From assembly GCA_951406725.2 (NCBI GenBank), contig OX597832.1, positions 64,108,001 to 64,172,000 on the forward strand: a stretch of DNA of 64,000 nucleotides, given 5' to 3'. The notes beneath the pieces are model-generated. The model did no database searches and had not been told where the DNA came from. It saw only the letters and a list, made by a program, of their open reading frames with translations. Position 1 is the stretch's first letter, and each line of letters starts with the position of its first letter. Source of the stretch: Octopus vulgaris (Eukaryota). This document shows, piece after piece, positions 56,340 to 64,000 of the stretch. The position numbers and the translations under genes were made by a program.

Positions 56340-57141
56340 TTGCTGCAGCCTGTATTTGCAAGCGGGTTGTGCCGGTCCTCAGTGTCAGTTTACAGTCATT
56401 TTTCTTAGTGTACTGAACTTAAAATTAAGTTTGCTTTATTATGATTCTTCATTTTAATTTATATTACATTATAAATGTTTATCTTCGCACGAAATTTTCT
56501 GCCAGTTTTCCGCTTCACTGCTTTGAATGTCATGGCGGAAGTTGTGGTGTGAAAAGACTTACTTGTGTCACGGTCATTGTTTACACGCTTGGAAGATTAA
56601 CGACACTTTAAACCGCTAGACGATTAGTTAATCAAGCGAATTAAACATAATTAAATATAATTAACAAGGAAAAACAAACATCGCCGTCATATTTCATTGA
56701 TTTGGTTGATTAAAGGTGGAGTAATTAGACAGACGGTTTGCGTGAGTTATGGACTAACGATGTTGTTGTTATTGCTGGGTTGGTGTTGCTTGGCGGGGTG
56801 AGAGACTGTGTTTATTAAGTTTATATATGGACATGTGTTTGTATGTATGTCTATATATGATAGTATAAAGATCTTCGAATAGTGGAATGTGTGAGTGAGA
56901 GAGAGAGAGAAATGTCTATTGTTTATTGTTTAGTGTTTTCATGTTTACGTACGAAATAATGTGATGGCGCTGCGCATATATGTGAATCGTAGTTGGTGTG
57001 TCCGTAATAGAGGTGTTTGTATATGTATGTATGGGTATATGTATGTGTACACGTATGCAGACGTGTGTAGTTTTGTGTGTCCATTGTGATGTCAAAATAT
57101 TTGAACAACCACTCTGTCAATCTACTTGTCTGACTCTCTTT

Positions 57142-57198
<57 letters not shown>

Positions 57199-58039
57199 TA
57201 TTTTATATCTCGCGGATGCTCTGGTGTGCAACGTCGGTAATGCTCATGAGGTCCCAGTGGGGGTTTCGGTTCGTTCAATATCAGACCGTCACCCTCTCAC
57301 CCAGATGACCCAGCTAGGGTTGATCACATGCCATCTTGCATGGAGCATCAGACGCGATGCAGTGCACTAAACGTTCTGGTTTTCTACGTTCAGACGGGAG
57401 CTGGCACGCATCTCAAGTTGCCGGCATGGCTGAAACCCACGTGATTTGGTTTTTAAGAAGTTCTAGCAGTGTATAAGAAGTGAAGATTTGGTTATTTTGG
57501 CAAAAATGAAGAGCGAAGAAGGTTAAGACAGAACAATTGGAAGATTTTAAATTGAAGTCCTGCAGGCAATCAGTTGAATGTTTAATTTATTCGAATGCTT
57601 TATATACACCGTTCCATTTAAATATCGACCAATAGATAAATATAAAAAAAGAGACCAGAGTCCCTGGAAATTGGTGGTTGTTCTGTGTCAGGCATAAATT
57701 ATATCGCTCGATAAGTTTGTATGGCATCGCAGAGGAATAAATCTGGGCGTTTTGGGGCTGAGAGAAAGGAAGAACCGTTTGGGGACGTGGAAATTCATAT
57801 CTATCAGTTCGAAAAAGATTCTGTCTGGAATTGATTCTGTATCATCCTCAGAAAAATTATATCTGTGGTTGTTAGAAAGAGAGTCTCTAAGTACTCGTTT
57901 AATTTGCTAAAAATAGCAGTTAAATCGTCATATGTCCTCCTGCTGTTTTAAAATTGGATGGATATAATATGCAATGCAGTTCCAGCTGTACAGATTAGCT
58001 CTGAGACACTAGTTTACCATTCTTCTTGACGGTATAGGA

Positions 58040-58199
58040 ACTTCAGCTCTATATTTAAGAGATTAGGAATTATGTACATTATTTACATTTGACGGATATT
58101 TGTCCTCATCTTGTTTGTTAAAACAACGTTTCGGCTGATACACCCTCCAGCCTTCATCAGGTATCCTGGGTTCTCATTCCTGAGGTATTTTTCAATGTT

Positions 58200-58262
<63 letters not shown>

Positions 58263-58397
58263 TTGAGAAATACCATAGGAATGAGAACCCAGGTTCGAAA
58301 TTTCCCCAAGACACCTAAAAAAGGCTGGAGGGTATATCAGCCGAAACGTTGTGTTAACAACAAACAAAATGAGGACAAATATCGTCAAATGTAAATA
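58040..58397. mobile_element. Inverted pair of family 1 PLE-type repeats around about 20 AAT units
   Basis: 58040-58198 (minus) and 58261-58397 (plus) are near reverse complements over most of their length. Each arm contains an HHR-derived motif. Confidence 0.85.
58121..58165 (-). ncRNA. Minimal hammerhead motif (family 1; canonical core)
   Basis: Reverse complement gatac-CTGATGA-a-ggctg(gagggtgtat)cagcc-GAAAC-GTT-gtttt. Confidence 0.78.
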
Positions 58398-58897
58398 AGG
58401 TATATGAACTTCTAGAATTCTACAACCAATAAACCAGTAGTTTCGTATAGAATATTTGTACTCGGCATTTAAATTGTAAATAAGTATTATGGAGTAAACC
58501 GCACACACACACTCGCGCGCGCGTACTCGAGATGTAAATACAATTTTTGCTTTTAGCTAACAAAAAACACAAACATAATAAAAGCTAAAATACAAAAACA
58601 AATAATCTTAGGCGTTGTCAAGGGAGGCAAATCCGAAGGTTAGAAACGCCCAGTTTTTGAAAACTTGAAATAGATTTGTCTTGATTTTATGTTTTCAGAA
58701 CTTAAAGCTTCTCAATTCTATTATTAAACGAAAAAAAAAAAAAAAGCTAAAAGATTTCCAGATTATTCAACACACGAAGAAATTGATAATACAGCTGGGT
58801 TTGATGTAATTTCCATGGAAACAATTGCAAGCATAACAGCAGCAGCAGCAACGACGTCAAGAATAATAATATCAGCAACCAGAAAAAATGAAAAACT

Positions 58898-59220
58898 GGT
58901 ACTCCGTCGGTTACGACGACGAGTGTTCCATTTGATGTAACAAGCGAAACAGCCTTCTCGTAAAATTAACGTGTAGGTGGCTGAGTACTCCACAGTCACG
59001 TGTACCCTTCATGTAATTGTCGGAGAGATTCAGAGTGACACGGAATGTGACAAGGCAGGCCCCTTTTGAATTACAGGTACTACTCATTTTTACCAACCGA
59101 ATAGACTGAAACAACGTGAAATAAAGTATCTTGCCTAAGGACAAAATGCGCGGCTGGGGATCGAACTCACGACCTTACGATTGTCAGCCAAATACCTTAG
59201 CCACTAAGCTACGCGTCTTC
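58898..59220 (-). mobile_element. SINE family C
   Basis: Tail actccgtcggttacgacgacgag and tRNA-like head (reverse complement gacgcgtagcttagtggctaagg...gagttcgatcccc). Confidence 0.82.
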
Positions 59221-59244
59221 ACAGCAGTCGACAACAAAACCAAC

Positions 59245-59420
59245 AAAGGCAAAGTCGACCTCGGCAGAATTTGAACTCAGAACGTAAAGAGAGACGTTCT
59301 GAGTTCAAATTCCGCCCAGGTAGACTTTGCCTTTCATCCTTTCGGGGTCGATAAATTAAGTACCAGTTGTGTACTGGGGTCGATCTAATCGACTGGCCTT
59401 GTGCCTAGAGTAGAAAAAAG
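59245..59420. mobile_element. Head-to-head SINE family A fragments forming a 41-bp inverted repeat
   Basis: 59245-59285 versus 59294-59334, with 3 mismatches and an 8-nt spacer. Confidence 0.88.
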
Positions 59421-59684
59421 TATTCTATTGGCTTTCTATTTGTTGTCTTAGGATATTCCACTCCATTTACTCTTTGTAGATTGACTGAAAATTCTTGTTA
59501 CAGTTTAATCGAAGACTCACACTGCTTACAAACAGCTAGAGCGATTATGAAGTGGATGGTAGCAATTATGAAGAGGATGGTAGCCACTGATTCACCGACA
59601 TAACAAAAACGAATTTTTTGGCTCCGCAAAGAACAAAAATAACAATATAATATTTTTTTTGTGGAGCATTGGATTTCGAAGCAT

Positions 59685-59898
59685 TCTTTCATTCTTTTAC
59701 TTGTTTCAGTAATTCTACTGCGGTCACGGTGGAGCACCGCCTTTTGTCGAACAAATCAAACCCAATACTTATTCTTTGTAAGCCTAGTACTAATTCTATT
59801 GGTCTCTTTTTGTCGAACAGCTAAGTGGCGAGGACGTAAACACACCAACATCGGTTGTCATGAGATGTTAGAGGAACAAACTCAGATATTAATAACAA

Positions 59899-59931
<33 letters not shown>

Positions 59932-60086
59932 CGACGGGTTTCTTTTAGTTTCCGTCTACCAAATCCACTCACAAGGCTTTGGTCGACCCGAGGCTATAGT
60001 AGGAGACACTTGCTGAAGGTGCCACGCAGTGGGGTTGAACCCGGAACCATGTGGTTGGGAAGCAAGCTTCTTACCACACAGCCACG
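59685..60086 (-). mobile_element. SINE family B, near full length
   Basis: Reverse complement matches the 13620-14000 copy from head to tail. Confidence 0.87.
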
Positions 60087-61464
60087 ACGCATGCACCTAT
60101 ACAAGCTATAAATAATAGCACGTAAATATCCTATCCCGAAAGTGTTTTCAACACAATAATTTCATGCTATGGTTTATAGCATTATGCACTTCGAGAATGT
60201 CACTCTCGCAAGTTTATCAAGCTCTGATGACATCAAAAATAATGATACTCGCCATTCCTCGTCTCTCTCTCTGTCTCCCGTTTCTTTTCTGTTTCATCTT
60301 GAGACTCTTAGTTTTCCTGATAAAGATATTCGGCATTAACAAACAGGAACAGAACTAACCGGAAGTCGTACAAAGATTCATCCCGGGGGAACCAAGAACT
60401 CAAGATGAAAGTAAAGGATCTGACAAACTGGCGAGGATATTATAAGAAGCGTAGACACTTATCAAACGAATCAGAATGGTCGGGGTGGGGTGGAGAGTCT
60501 TGCGATAGATATTAAGGAAATTATGGTGAGGAAAATGAAAAGCCAAGCAAAATATTTAAATATTTTAAAATTACTACTTAAAATATCAGGAAGAAAGAAA
60601 AGGAAAATTATAATACGAAGATATATAAAAATGAAATGATTGATAACACTGTATCGCCATTTTACTGAAGAAACAGCGCACGCGCGCACACACACACACA
60701 CATTCACAAGTGTGTAAATATATACGCCGAATATGAATATACATATGTGTATGTATGTGTGTATACATACATACACACGTATATTTATATGCGTATGTAT
60801 ATATGCATATGCGTCTAGAAATGAATGTCTATATATGCGTATAGATGCATACATATATATATATGTATGTATATATATACACACACATACACATGTTTGA
60901 ATGTACACACTCACATACACACACATATACATACATACATATATATATATGAACACGCAGGGACGCATTTATATGGAGAGGAAAACGGTTTTATAAAATA
61001 AGTTTAAATTAGTAAAAAGCTTTTGGACTCAAAAACCAAGAAGAATTTCTAGATTGAATTATCTTTATTGATAGAAATTGGTAAGAGATGATCGCCACTT
61101 TTGGAACTATTCAAATGAAACTATTTTAACAAATTCATATCTACACACACATAGCGACGCATATTTTTTCTCCTCTGGCACACTTACACATATATGTACG
61201 CATATTAGTAAACACACATACGTACACAAATACGAACACACACACACTCCCATATTACGTAAAGCTGTCGCATATAACATTATCATATATATTTAATATT
61301 GCTTATACATATATGTATACATGAATATATCTATCTATATACATACATTATAACTATATAACTTACATAAATACATGTACGTGCACGCCTATATACAATT
61401 AAACACATTTTATAACTCATATATACATACGTATACGAACATACATATATAAAAATATACATAG

Positions 61465-61540
<76 letters not shown>

Positions 61541-61616
61541 AGATGTATAAACATACATGCAAATGTACACATACACACACATATATATAGATATACACAC
61601 GTATATCTACATAAGG

Positions 61617-61658
<42 letters not shown>

Positions 61659-62203
61659 CATATGCACACGTGTACCGAGACATACATACAGTACGAATGT
61701 TGAAGGTAGGAAAGAAGTGAAATAAGAGAATATTGATGATGTGAAAGAAAAGTTTAAATATATGTAACAGAGAGAGAGAAGAGAGTAAGATACAGACGCC
61801 GCGTCCTTCTAAGAACAACGACGGCGACGACGACGACGACGATGACGGCGATGAATGCCCGCAAAACAAAATGGAATACTATAATACGAGAATATATTCA
61901 GAAAATAAAAAGTGAAGATTATGCTATTTATGCTGTTGTCACCGGTTTTTTCGACCGATGTGGCTGTTTGATTTTGCTGTTGAAGCATTAGAACGTCGGA
62001 CGAAATGCCTCGCGGTATTTCTTCTGTCTCTTAGTTTTGTGTATAAAATCCCGCCGGGATCAACTTCGTCTTTCACTCCTCCGGAGCTCAATGATACAAA
62101 ATACCATTCAAGTATAAGGTTCTCTACTACAGACTAATCCTCCCCCCTCAAAGGTTGCTCGCCTTGAAGCTAAATCACAGACTACTGTTATATTATTATT
62201 ATT

Positions 62204-62341
<138 letters not shown>

Positions 62342-62344
62342 TAT

Positions 62345-62746
62345 TGTCTTTGCACAGCTTCTAACGCTGGAGATGTACTACGGTGTCAGCTGTTCAATAC
62401 CCGTGAACTAAGGTTGCACCCCTTATTTTTCGAGCACCATCCGGAGTATTCGAGCGGTTCCAAGCAGTGCTGTTTTCTGCAAGTGTTTCACGCTTATTGC
62501 AGCCCCTATTTGGTTGTTCCGTGTAGTTATTATCAAGACTTTTACTCACTGTTTCCAGGGCTTCGACAATTATTGGTACTACTACCACCTTTTTCAGTGA
62601 CCACAACTATTTAATCTCCCAAGCTAACCTGTCATATCTACCGGCTTTTCTTCCATCCTTATCGCATTCTTTATTGTCAGTTGGGCATGCTAAATGATCC
62701 AGCACCGTTTGCTTTCTTTCTCAATTAACACTATGTCTGGTTTCCT
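62345..62746 (-). mobile_element. 3' fragment of the second Dong-like family
   Basis: Reverse complement of about 34480-34875 (tgtctttgcacagcttctaacgctggagatgtactac). Abuts (TTA)n. Confidence 0.88.
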
Positions 62747-62764
62747 TTATAATAATTATTATTA

Positions 62765-63360
62765 AAAAGGTGGTGAGCTGGCCGAATCGTTAGGACGCTA
62801 GACGAAATACTTAGAGGTATTTCGCCCGTCGCTATGTTCTGAGTTCAAATTACTACGAGATCGGCTTAATTAACTAGTCCCTTCCCCTAAAATTCTTGTC
62901 TTGTACCTATAGTAGAAAATATTATTATTATTATTATTAATATTATTATTATTATTAAAGCGGCCTGCTAGCAGAATCGTTAGCACGTCGTAACAAAATG
63001 CCTATCAGCATTCCGTACATCTTTAGGTTCTAAGTTCAAATTACTCCGAGGTCGACTTTATCTTTCATCCCTTCGGGGCCAATAATATAAGTACCAGTTG
63101 AACACTGGGGTCGATGTAATCGACTCATCCCCTCCTCCAAAATTTCTACCCTGGTGGCAAAATTTCAAGCCATTGTTATTATTATTATTATTATCATTAT
63201 TATCAAGACGGCGAGCTGACCGCCGTAGTCTTCATTCTTCAGTACACTTAGTCTTCATTCTTTAGGATTGATAAAATAAATACCAGTTATGTAGTAGGGT
63301 CGATCTTATAGATTAGCTCCGTTCCCCAAAATTCAGCTCTTTTGCTTGTAGTAGAAAGAG
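62765..63360 (+). mobile_element. Tandem SINE family A copies
   Basis: Three heads (ggtggtgagctggccgaatcg, gcggcctgctagcagaatcg, gacggcgagctgac) separated by (TTA)n. Confidence 0.8.
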
Positions 63361-63850
63361 TGGCAAATGAAAGAAATTATTATTATTAGTAGTAGTAGGA
63401 GGAGGAGGAGAGCAGTTAGTAGGAGTAGTAAAAGTGTATACACGAATATCCAGAAGTAACTGTTCATGAACACACACACACACACACATACAGAAGCTTA
63501 CGTTTGCACGTGACTAATAGACATATAGATACACAAACACACATATGCACATACATAAACTCGTGGACATACACAAACACTGATGCGTACATGTATACCA
63601 TACACACACTCACACAGATACATGCAGACACAGAATTGCATATATATATATATATACTCATAAAGCACGATATAACTGCAAAAGGTTAAATAAGGATAGA
63701 AAAACGGAACACAAGATGGCGCTATTCATTTGGGATTCCTCCATCTTTAAGCTATCATACATTAATAATTTTCTAGTCTTAATTGGAATTCCAATTTCAG
63801 CAAGATCGAAGATCGATACTGTGGGCTATCAAACGCATAGCTTCACATAC

Positions 63851-63885
<35 letters not shown>

Positions 63886-63913
63886 ATGTATCTGTATATA
63901 TATATGTATATAC

Positions 63914-63964
<51 letters not shown>

Positions 63965-64000
63965 GTATGTATATGTGTGTAATGTATGTATATATCTATG

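Noticed and set aside
59520-59600. Transmembrane-like peptide VATILFIIATIHFIIALAV on the minus strand near donor-like sites
   Set aside because: The hydrophobicity arises from a 20-bp direct duplication (attatgaag.ggatggtagc); no good acceptor.

Overview
AT-rich, microsatellite- and retroelement-dense animal genomic DNA. The repeat landscape resembles octopus (coleoid cephalopod), which is an inference. The window is mostly intronic. The only well-supported host coding signal is a minus-strand cadherin-repeat gene: one clear exon at 52333-52503, probable exons at 7624-7783 and 4642-4700, and several weaker candidates. Almost all ORFs in the supplied track are microsatellite translation artefacts. 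Mobile DNA includes a mariner remnant, a TIR-bounded Tc1-like element with DD36E spacing, pogo- and mariner-type MITEs, a Helitron, a Helentron-type end, CR1/L2-like LINE debris, four R4/Dong-type RLE LINE copies sitting in specific microsatellites, and three tRNA-derived SINE families. The most notable signal is about 12 minimal hammerhead-ribozyme (HHR) motifs from 4-5 Penelope-like element (PLE) terminal-repeat families. Several are arranged as inverted pairs, and one family consistently carries a non-canonical CUGUNGA core. All calls were made by eye; repeat boundaries are approximate and nothing was checked against a database.
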